Below are positions 1 to 7,037 of a stretch of 50,356 bases of DNA, piece after piece. The stretch is from Thermomicrobiales bacterium (GTDB lineage Bacteria > Chloroflexota > Chloroflexia > Thermomicrobiales > UBA6265): assembly GCA_034667245.1 (NCBI GenBank), contig JAXDKI010000512.1, positions 1-50,356 on the forward strand. The letters run 5' to 3'. The first letter of the stretch is position 1; each line of letters opens with the position of its first letter. Made by a program: the position numbers and the translations under genes. The notes below the pieces were generated by a model, which was given only the letters and a program-made list of their open reading frames with translations, did no database searches and was not told the DNA's origin.

Positions 1-188
1 GAGGATATTGGATCGCTTGGAGGATGGAGCGGTGGACGGCGACCGAGAGGGGTCGTCCCGTTCGTCGGAACGAGCTGAGGACCCGATGTTGAAGACGCTG
101 GCTCGCCTGGGCTCGCTCATCTCACTCGATTCTACACACGCCGTCACCAATCCGCAACGTGACGAAAGTCCGCCAAACTACCAAATCG

Positions 189-800
189 CTACAGCGCCCT
201 CCGACCGACGAGGGCACGCCCGAGCGTGATCTCGTCGGCATATTCCAGGTCACCACCGACCGGCAAGCCGCTGGCGGGTCGGGTGACGTTGACGCCGAGC
301 GGGACGAGCAGTCGGTGCAGATAGGTCGCCGTGGCCTCGCCGGGAATGTCGAGATTCGTCGCGAGAATAACCTCGTCGGGATTCTCGACGCGGACGCGCT
401 GAATCAACTCCTGGATTTTGAGCTGTTCCGGTCCGACGCCCTCGATCGGCGAGACCGCACCGTGCAGCACGTGATAGCTCCCTTTGAACTGCCCGGTGCG
501 CTCGAGAGCCAAGACGTCGAGCGGTTCCTCGACGACGCAGATGGCGGTGTCCCGCCCCGGATCGGCGCAGATACCGCATGGATCGTTTTCGGTGATGTTG
601 AAGCAACGGGAGCAGAGCCGGATGCGCTCCTTCACCTCGAGGATTGCCTCGGCTAGGGCCGTCGCTTCCTCGCGGGAGCTGCGTAAGAGAAAGAACGCGA
701 GGCGCGAGGCCGTTTTCGGTCCGATGCCCGGCAGCTTGCCGAACTCTTCGATGAGTCGCGCGACCGGTTGAGCCGTCGCCCGTGAAGTCTGTGTTGCCAA
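189..800 (-). CDS. recR: Recombination protein RecR
   Basis: 203-aa ORF with HhH 'LPGIGPKTASRLAFFLL', C4 zinc finger 'CSRCFNITENDPCGIC' and a Toprim-like C-terminal half. The start is TTG at 800 with GGGGA about 8 nt upstream. Confidence 0.9.
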   Translation of the reverse strand: MATQTSRATAQPVARLIEEFGKLPGIGPKTASRLAFFLLRSSREEATALAEAILEVKERIRLCSRCFNITENDPCGICADPGRDTAICVVEEPLDVLALERTGQFKGSYHVLHGAVSPIEGVGPEQLKIQELIQRVRVENPDEVILATNLDIPGEATATYLHRLLVPLGVNVTRPASGLPVGGDLEYADEITLGRALVGRRAL

Positions 801-878
801 CCGCCGTCCCCATTTCCAGATCGCAGTGACTCGGACGTACGTTCTATTTTACCACGGAAGCCGGTAGCTGTGAGCCGT

Positions 879-954
879 GAGCCGCTAGCCGTCAGGAATA
901 CGAGACGACGATAGCCGTCGAAGCAGCTTGCTAGCGGCTAACGGCTAGCGGCTC
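879..954. repeat. Perfect 14-bp inverted repeat (gagccgctagccgt / acggctagcggctc) with about 48 nt between the arms, lying between the ftsK stop and the recR start
   Basis: Arms are at 879..892 and 941..954. The surrounding sequence is rich in 'agccg/cggct' units. It may act as an intercistronic stem or terminator on the minus strand. Confidence 0.5.
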
Positions 955-955
955 G

Positions 956-3163
956 TTAGTAGTCGCCACCGAGGAAGGGGCGGCCTTTGAGGCCGTCGGC
1001 GGGGCCGACGTGGCCCTCGTCCTCCATGCGCTCGATCAGGCGGGCGGCGCGGTTGTAACCGATGCGGAGGCGGCGCTGGAGCATAGAGGCGGAAGCGGTG
1101 CCCTGCTCCCGGACGATCCCCAGTGCCTTCTCCATCATTGGGTCGTCTTCACCCTCTTCGTCGACGGCGTTGCTGCTCGGAAGTTCCATCCACTCCTTGG
1201 CGTACTGCGGGATCGGCGCGACCGCGTGCCAGTGGCCGACGACGTATTGGACATCCTTGTCCTCGATGAAGGCGCCCTGGATACGTTGTGGTTTGGCGGC
1301 GTCGGGCGGCATGAAGAGCATGTCGCCGCGGCCGAGGAGGCGCTCGGCGCCGGGCATGTCGAGGACGACGCGGCTATCGGTGAGCGAGGTGACGGCGAAG
1401 GCGATGCGGGCGGGGACGTTGGCTTTGATCAGACCGGTCAGGACGTCGACCGACGGTCGCTGGGTGGCGATGATCAGGTGGATGCCGGCGGCGCGGCCCA
1501 TCTGGGTCAGGCGACAGAGGAGGGTTTCGACCTCGTCGGGGGAGGTCATCATCAGGTCGGCCAGCTCGTCGAGGATGACGACGAGATAGGGGATGCGTTC
1601 GGCCCCCGGTTCGTCGGTGATCTTCAGGCGGTAGCCGTCGATGTTGCGGACGGCGTTTTTGGCGAAGAGGTCGTAGCGGCGCTGCATCTCCTGAACGACG
1701 AGACGGAGGGCGCCGACGACTTTGTCCATCTCGGTGACGACGGGGCATTGGAGGTGCGGGACGCCGTTGTAACCGACCAACTCGACCATCTTGGGGTCGA
1801 TCATCACCATCTTGAGCTCGTCGGGGCCGCGGGTCAGGAGGAAGGTCGAGATGATGGCGTTGAGACCGACGCTCTTGCCGGCGCCGGTCGCGCCCGCGAT
1901 GAGGAGGTGCGGCATCTTCGTCAGGTCGTGGATGACGTAGCGGCCGTTGACGTCGCGCCCGAGCGGGACCGGCAGCTTCGCCTTGCTGCGGGCGAATTGC
2001 GGCGATTCCAGCGTCTCGCGGAGACCGACCGTGGCCACCTGGGCGTTCGGAATCTCGAGTCCGACGCGGGCCATGCCGGGCACGGGGGCCTCGATCCGGA
2101 TGCTGGGGGCGGCGAGGGCGAGGGCGAGGTCGTTCTGCAGCTCGGTGATGCGACGGACTTTGATGCCGACGCCTGGCTCCAGTGTGTACTGCGTCACGGC
2201 AGGGCCGGGGTTGATCTCGCGGACGCGGGCCTCAACCTTGAAGCTGGCGAGGGTGTGCTCGATCAGCCGGGCCTTCGCTTCAAGGTCGACCGTGTCGAGG
2301 CTGACGGTCTCGTAGTAGGCCAGACGGGCGACGTCCGGGAGGGGCATCGGCTCGCCGGGAGCGACCGGCGCTACTTTTGGCAGCGTGGAGGTCGAGGTCG
2401 CGGGGGCGGGTTTCGGTTCGGCTTTTGGGATGTTGATCACCGGTGCCGCGGGCGGTATCTCAGGCCTTGCCTGCGGCTTGACGGTCTTGGCCGGTAACGC
2501 GACGACGGCGACCGGCTCCTCCTCGAGCTCCTCGAATTCGTCCTCCGATGGTGCAGGCCAGAGGACGCGGAGGTCGCGGTAGAGGGTCAGGACGTCGGTG
2601 TCGGCGAGGAGAAAGACGCCGAAGGCGCCGGCGACGAGGAGGACGAGTCCGGCGCCGACCTGACCGAGGGCACCACGCAGGAGGGTGGCAACCGCGAGCC
2701 CGAGTTGTCCGCCGTCGCTCACTGCTGATTGCTCGGCGGCGAGCTGGAAGAAGCCGACGATGGCGAGCCCGAAGGCGGCACCGCCGAGATAGTGGCGGGG
2801 CAGCAGGATGGGACCTTCCTGGGTGCGAAAGGCGCGGAACGCGATCGCGAGGAGGAGGATGGGGACGAGGAAGGCGCCCTGACCGCAGACGGCGCGAAGG
2901 GTGTTGCCCCACCAGGTGACGAGACTGCCGTCCGCCTCGCGGTTGCCGAGGACCCAGGCACTGAGGAGGGCAACCAGGAAGAGGACGACCGCGGTGATCT
3001 CCCGCCGCAAGCGGTCGGAGACGACGAGATCGGGCATCAAGGAGGAGAACCCGCGGCCGACCGCGCGCAGGCGGGCGGTCAGGGGAAAGGTCTCCTCTAC
3101 CACTTCGAGGCGTTGGGCTTTTCTGGCGGCCGACCCGGCCCGAACCTTGGTCTGCGTCGCCAT
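956..3163 (-). CDS. ftsK: DNA translocase FtsK/SpoIIIE
   Basis: N-terminal TM segments and a Pro/Ala-rich linker, then Walker A 'GATGAGKS', Walker B 'LVVILDELADL' and a gamma wHTH 'MLQRRLRIGYNRAARLIERME'. The ORF is open to 3199, but ATG 3163 has AGGGAGA 8 nt upstream. Confidence 0.9.
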   Translation of the reverse strand: MATQTKVRAGSAARKAQRLEVVEETFPLTARLRAVGRGFSSLMPDLVVSDRLRREITAVVLFLVALLSAWVLGNREADGSLVTWWGNTLRAVCGQGAFLVPILLLAIAFRAFRTQEGPILLPRHYLGGAAFGLAIVGFFQLAAEQSAVSDGGQLGLAVATLLRGALGQVGAGLVLLVAGAFGVFLLADTDVLTLYRDLRVLWPAPSEDEFEELEEEPVAVVALPAKTVKPQARPEIPPAAPVINIPKAEPKPAPATSTSTLPKVAPVAPGEPMPLPDVARLAYYETVSLDTVDLEAKARLIEHTLASFKVEARVREINPGPAVTQYTLEPGVGIKVRRITELQNDLALALAAPSIRIEAPVPGMARVGLEIPNAQVATVGLRETLESPQFARSKAKLPVPLGRDVNGRYVIHDLTKMPHLLIAGATGAGKSVGLNAIISTFLLTRGPDELKMVMIDPKMVELVGYNGVPHLQCPVVTEMDKVVGALRLVVQEMQRRYDLFAKNAVRNIDGYRLKITDEPGAERIPYLVVILDELADLMMTSPDEVETLLCRLTQMGRAAGIHLIIATQRPSVDVLTGLIKANVPARIAFAVTSLTDSRVVLDMPGAERLLGRGDMLFMPPDAAKPQRIQGAFIEDKDVQYVVGHWHAVAPIPQYAKEWMELPSSNAVDEEGEDDPMMEKALGIVREQGTASASMLQRRLRIGYNRAARLIERMEDEGHVGPADGLKGRPFLGGDY

Positions 3164-3419
3164 GCGCGCGATCTCCCTGATTGGGCCGCCGCCCAACACG
3201 GCGTCGGGCGAGGGGGCGGGTCTGCGTCACGGCGGGGAACGCGAACACGCGGGGGCGTACGTTCAGCGTGTACGTTGAGTATACACGAGGAATGACGAGG
3301 TTAGGTGCTTGTTCTGAGCGACGAGTTCGTGGGCCAGACCTGGCTTCGGCGATTGGGCCGGCGGGAGGTTGATTCGGCGGGTGCCGACGGGATCCGTGCG
3401 TGCGGTCCCACCGAGACGA

Positions 3420-3475
3420 CCCTCACCCCCGGCCCCGCTCCGCGGGAGCGGGGAGGGTTGTTCTGGGGGTGGGTG
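3420..3475. repeat. REP/MITE-like hairpin repeat (CCCTCACCCC head plus GC-rich stem-loop), copy 1
   Basis: Head 'ccctcaccccc' is followed by a perfect 9-bp stem, ccccgctcc (3433..3441) / ggagcgggg (3445..3453). An outer partial complement 'gggggtgggtg' follows. Related copies lie at 7358..7403 and 42600..42640. Confidence 0.6.
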
Positions 3476-3657
3476 CCAACTGGCGGCGTCGGGTGGCGGT
3501 GGGGACGAACGGAACAATCCGGGTGGTGGTGGTCGGTGACCAACCGAGGCAGGATAGGCCCTGCCCAGGCCCGCACGCCGTACCTCGTGTGCCACTTGGA
3601 GGTGATATTAGAGTATTATTTCTATGTTGTCAATACGTTGACCGCGATACCCGGCGA

Positions 3658-3686
3658 TTGACTCGCCCGCTGGTCCGGTCTATGAT
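3658..3686 (+). promoter_or_regulatory. Sigma70-like promoter for the carbonic anhydrase gene
   Basis: TTGACT (3658..3663), 17-nt spacer, TATGAT (3681..3686), in an AT-richer stretch about 60 nt upstream of the GTG start. Confidence 0.5.
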
Positions 3687-3745
3687 TGATAACTGGATCA
3701 AGATTTTAGGTATACCCATCGAGGAAGCCTGAGGAGAGGGTCATC

Positions 3746-4240
3746 GTGTCAGTCTTGGACGAGTTCCTGGCCGCGAACGCGCAATACGCCGCCGGTTTCA
3801 CCAAGGGCGATCTGCCGATGCCGCCCGGACGCCGCGCCGCGGTTCTGGTCTGCATGGATGCGCGGATCGACCCGGCGAAGGCGCTCGGGCTCGAAGAGGG
3901 GGATGCGCACGTCATCCGCAACGCCGGTGGGCGGGCCAGCGACGACGCGATCCGCTCCCTCGTCATCTCCTACAAACTCCTCGGCACCCGCGAGTTCGCC
4001 GTCATCCACCATACCGACTGTGGGATGCTGACCTTCACCAACGAGCAGTTGCGCGAGCAACTCAAGCGCGACCTGGGGGCAGATGCCTCGGCGATCGACT
4101 TCTTGCCCTTCAGCGACCTCGACGAGGGCGTCCGCCGTGACGTGGCGACCATCCGCTCCTCGCCCCTGGTCCCGGAGGATATTCCCGTCCGCGGCTTCGT
4201 GTACGACGTGCGGTCCGGACAATTGCGAGAAATCGCCTGA
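3746..4240 (+). CDS. Beta-class carbonic anhydrase
   Basis: 164 aa with zinc-ligand motifs C-x-D-x-R ('VCMDARI') and H-x-x-C ('HHTDCGM'). GTG start with GAGGAGAGGG just upstream. Confidence 0.85.
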   Translation: MSVLDEFLAANAQYAAGFTKGDLPMPPGRRAAVLVCMDARIDPAKALGLEEGDAHVIRNAGGRASDDAIRSLVISYKLLGTREFAVIHHTDCGMLTFTNEQLREQLKRDLGADASAIDFLPFSDLDEGVRRDVATIRSSPLVPEDIPVRGFVYDVRSGQLREIA

Positions 4241-4435
4241 GCCGCCGTTGGGCGACTCGGCCTTGGGTACGCTGGCAACGATCTGAGTGAGGTTGCCGGC
4301 CGCGCCCTCCAACAAGGATGGTAGGGTTCAGAGCAATCTTCGCCGAACTCGACGATCAAGGAGCGAACCAAGCGGCAGAGCAGGAGAACAGATCCTCGCT
4401 TCAGGATTTCCTCACAGAGATCAGGGTGTGATGCG

Positions 4436-4657
4436 TTAGGCGGCGGTGAGGGCAGCTTGAGCCAGCTGGACCAAGGACGCGCCCTCAGCGACCATGACCA
4501 TTTCACCATCTGGATCGTTTTTCAAGAGCGCCCAGGACGCGACGTAGTCTGGTCCGTGGGCATCCAGCGAGGCCAGCACCAGCGCAAGGGCTTCCTCTTC
4601 GGTGTCCCAGGCGTTGATGATGCTAGCGGCTTCCTGATGCCAGAGTTCGTAGGTCAT
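4436..4657 (-). CDS. Hypothetical small protein (73 aa)
   Basis: Internal ATG of the 4436..4780 ORF is preceded by GAGGGGA. The acidic helical sequence 'MTYELWHQEAASIINAWDTEEEALALV...' matches no family I recognise. Confidence 0.45.
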   Translation of the reverse strand: MTYELWHQEAASIINAWDTEEEALALVLASLDAHGPDYVASWALLKNDPDGEMVMVAEGASLVQLAQAALTAA

Positions 4658-4864
4658 TGCCTGTCCCCTCGGGTCGAAGGAGAGAGCAGAGCAGTTTAAC
4701 GCGTAAATCCGGGACCTGCACCGACGCGAAGTTGGGGGAAGGTACCCGGGAAATTTCGGGTAGAGTGTACCGCGAACCACGACATTGGGTTACCTTTCTG
4801 AGCGAGGTAGAGAGTTAGGGTTTAGAGTCGATTCGGTGTTCTCGAACGAACAAGGAGTGCGGCG

Positions 4865-5227
4865 ATGGCAAAGCCGAATCGCCTGTTCGAGATGAGTTAT
4901 CGCCTGCATTCGCTCGCGCTTGCCGAACCTTTTCCGCAGGGCACCAGAACTGTCGGACCAACGGGTGGACTGGTCGTATGTGACGGGCAGCAGTGGTGTG
5001 GACGAACGATCTGGGTCGAGAAGCGAATGGGACGTGTTGCGACATCGGACCGGGTCATCGCCGAGGTACGAGAGTGGGACATCGATGACACGCCCGTTCT
5101 CGCCGCCGTGTTTCCTCATCTTCGCCCTGGAACGCACGAGGTTTTTGAGAGCGACTTCGGAGAACTCGGACGGAGTGCCGAGGTGATCGTCGATGCCGGC
5201 AAGGTTGTCTGGTTGAACTGGAGCTAG
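4865..5227 (+). CDS. Hypothetical protein (120 aa)
   Basis: ATG is preceded by AAGGAG with a 7-nt spacing. Codon pattern looks coding, but no recognisable motifs. An antisense ORF (4790..5137) was judged less likely. Confidence 0.55.
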   Translation: MAKPNRLFEMSYRLHSLALAEPFPQGTRTVGPTGGLVVCDGQQWCGRTIWVEKRMGRVATSDRVIAEVREWDIDDTPVLAAVFPHLRPGTHEVFESDFGELGRSAEVIVDAGKVVWLNWS

Positions 5228-5334
5228 AGGCGAGCTGCGACACGGTCATGAAACACGCTTGACCCGATCGGTAGTACGCTCCTCCCAACACCCCCACCTC
5301 CCCTGTTTTTCCATAGCTCACCCCCTTGCGTGGA

Positions 5335-5350
5335 TAGAACATTTGTTCTA
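5335..5350 (+). promoter_or_regulatory. LexA (SOS) box of the GAAC-N4-GTTC (Cheo) type, inside a candidate promoter
   Basis: 'TAGAAC-ATTT-GTTCTA' has perfectly palindromic 6-bp arms. It fills the 17-nt spacer between TTGCGT (5326..5331) and TACTCT (5349..5354), about 90 nt upstream of imuB. Confidence 0.65.
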
Positions 5351-5441
5351 CTCTACTGAGCAGGGCGCACGGATGGCGTGTCCGGACGCTTAGCGATGGC
5401 TCTGTGCGGCTTGCCGAGGGGCTGGAAGGGAGGTCGTAGCG

Positions 5442-6629
5442 GTGACCGTTGCCTGCATCTACATCCCGCATTTTGCCTTGCGGATGGCGTTGCTGGAGCG
5501 ACCGGGGCTCGATGGGGTGCCGCTCGTCCTGACCTCGCCGCCGAGTAGCCGGGTCGTGGTCGCGGATTGCACGCAAGAGGCGGTGGACCGGGGGATCAAG
5601 CCGGAGATGCCGTTGCGGGAGGTGACGGCACTCTGCCCGGAGGCGGTCTTTATCCAGCCGAACCCTGCCCGCGATGCGGCCGCGTTTGACCGGATCGTCG
5701 ATGCCCTGGAGAGCTTCAGTCCGTTCGTCGAGCCGGGAGAACCGGGGTGCTGCTACGTCGATCTTCAAGGGCTGGAGCGCCACGACGCGACGGTCGAGGA
5801 TGCGGTCACTCGCTTGCTCGGCCTCGTCCCGCCGGCGTTGCGACCGCGGGCCGGGGTAGCGCCGGGCAAGTTCACGGCCTGGGTGGCGGCGCGCCGGGCG
5901 CCTCCGGGTGGATTCCGGACCGTCGCACCGGCCGAGGTCGTGTCGTTCCTCACTCCGGGCCCGATCGACTGGTTACCGCTGACGGACGAGCTGCGGCAGC
6001 GGCTCGGTCGCCTGGGATTGCGGACGCTCGGTGAGTTCGCGGCGTTGCCGGTGTCGGCGGTTCAGGCGCGGTTCGGACCGGAGGGGCGGCGCGGCTGGGA
6101 GCTGGCGAACGGGCGGGACGAGGCGGTCGTCCGGCCGCGCGAGCGGATCGAGACGGTGGTCGAGAGGCTGACCTTGCCTGCACCGGCGACGAGTCGGGAG
6201 ACGCTGCTGATCGGCTTGAAGCGACTGATCGTCCGTGCCTTCGGGCGACCGGAGCTGCGCTTTCGCACCGTTCGACAGGCGCGGTTGCGGGTCCTGATCG
6301 AGGAGAACCGCTCCTGGGAAAAGGAGATGACGTTCCGTGAGCCGGTTGGGCGGGAGCGGGTGATCGAGGTGCTGGGTCACCGGCTGGCGGCGATCGAGTT
6401 ACCGGGGGCGGCCGAGGCGATGTCGTTGGAGTTGATCGGGCTGACGGCGGAGACGGCTCATCAGGAGTTGCTGCCGGGGCTGCGGTCGCGGCGGATGCGG
6501 CCGCTGGTCGAGGTTGCCCGTCAGTTGAAGCAGCGGTACGGGGAATCACCCCTCTACCGCGTCGTGGAGGTAGAACCATGGTCGCGGATTCCAGAACGTC
6601 GTCACGCGCTGCTGGCCTACGACCCCTGA
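5442..6629 (+). CDS. imuB: ImuB-like catalytically inactive Y-family DNA polymerase
   Basis: 395 aa with Y-family-like N-terminal architecture. The first motif 'ACIYIPHFALRMAL' lacks the catalytic acidic residues. GTG start with GGGAGG 8 nt upstream. It sits directly upstream of dnaE2 and downstream of a LexA box. Confidence 0.8.
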   Translation: MTVACIYIPHFALRMALLERPGLDGVPLVLTSPPSSRVVVADCTQEAVDRGIKPEMPLREVTALCPEAVFIQPNPARDAAAFDRIVDALESFSPFVEPGEPGCCYVDLQGLERHDATVEDAVTRLLGLVPPALRPRAGVAPGKFTAWVAARRAPPGGFRTVAPAEVVSFLTPGPIDWLPLTDELRQRLGRLGLRTLGEFAALPVSAVQARFGPEGRRGWELANGRDEAVVRPRERIETVVERLTLPAPATSRETLLIGLKRLIVRAFGRPELRFRTVRQARLRVLIEENRSWEKEMTFREPVGRERVIEVLGHRLAAIELPGAAEAMSLELIGLTAETAHQELLPGLRSRRMRPLVEVARQLKQRYGESPLYRVVEVEPWSRIPERRHALLAYDP

Positions 6630-6856
6630 ACGCGCCACGGCTGGTGCGGGTGCTGACGGGAGACGGGTTGCCGATCGCGGTCGTGGAGGGGGAACGGCGC
6701 CGGGCGGCGCAGATCGAGGACGTTTGGTACGTGGACGACGAGTGGTGGCGCGAGCCGATCGCCCGGCGCTACTACCGGTTGTTCCTCGACGGTGGCGTGG
6801 TGCGGACGGTCTACCACGATGGAGAACGCGACGAATGGTTCGCGCAGGGGTATTAG
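6578..6856 (+). CDS. Small conserved-looking protein (92 aa) between imuB and dnaE2
   Basis: ATG is preceded by GGAGG with a 7-nt spacing. It overlaps the imuB 3' end by 52 nt in the -1 frame. The Trp/Arg-rich core reads 'EDVWYVDDEWWREPIARRYYRLFLDGGVVRTVYHD'. Confidence 0.55.
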   Translation: MVADSRTSSRAAGLRPLNAPRLVRVLTGDGLPIAVVEGERRRAAQIEDVWYVDDEWWREPIARRYYRLFLDGGVVRTVYHDGERDEWFAQGY

Positions 6857-7037
6857 CCCGAACAAGCAGGCCGACATCGATCGTAGGCGTACGGCTGTGC
6901 TTCATCTGTTCCACCTTCTCCGCGATCACGACGCCTCGTATCTATCCCCGATCTGTCCCCGACGCCGTTACCCCCAGCAGGGCGCACGGCGGTGCGCCCC
7001 TACAGATCCTGGCACGGGATGCCCCAATCGGTAGGCT

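Noticed and set aside
1-120. Possible 5' end of a minus-strand gene downstream of recR (ATG at 120..118, 'MSEPRRASVFNIGSSARSDERDD...') running off the left edge.
   Set aside because: Only about 40 low-complexity codons are visible, with no SD and no recognisable motif. The plus-strand ORF 8..229 is equally unconvincing. Left unannotated.
1010-2497. Long antisense or alternative-frame ORFs throughout the window. Examples: 1010..2497 (+), 6942..8132 (-), 9303..10466 (-), 11506..13053 (+), 14304..16148 (+), 16708..18315 (-), 22922..23740 (+), 40755..42035 (-), 48065..49408 (-), 48429..49232 (+).
   Set aside because: They lie opposite or out of frame to genes with unambiguous catalytic motifs. 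Their translations are Arg/Pro/Gly/Asp-rich low-complexity strings, as expected from stop-codon-poor high-G+C DNA. None has a credible SD.
3465-3505. G-run cluster (GGGGG..GGG..GGG..GGGG) as a potential G-quadruplex.
   Set aside because: One loop would be about 17 nt. Such G-runs are expected by chance at this G+C content, and there is no supporting context.
3263-3661. ORFs 3263..3595 (-), 3301..3576 (-), 3305..3661 (+) and 3400..3732 (+) in the 580-bp ftsK/carbonic-anhydrase intergenic region. I also checked this region and the region upstream of dnaX for SRP RNA, RNase P, tmRNA or riboswitch signatures.
   Set aside because: The translations are Pro/Gly/Arg-rich and derive from the hairpin repeat and G-rich tracts. 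I found no conserved ncRNA core motifs, such as GAGGAAAGUCC or the SRP domain IV consensus. A structured RNA cannot be excluded without a covariance-model scan.
5055-5783. 242-aa minus-strand ORF spanning the imuB promoter and LexA box.
   Set aside because: It overlaps the well-supported imuB 5' end and the 120-aa ORF. It is Arg-rich with no SD.
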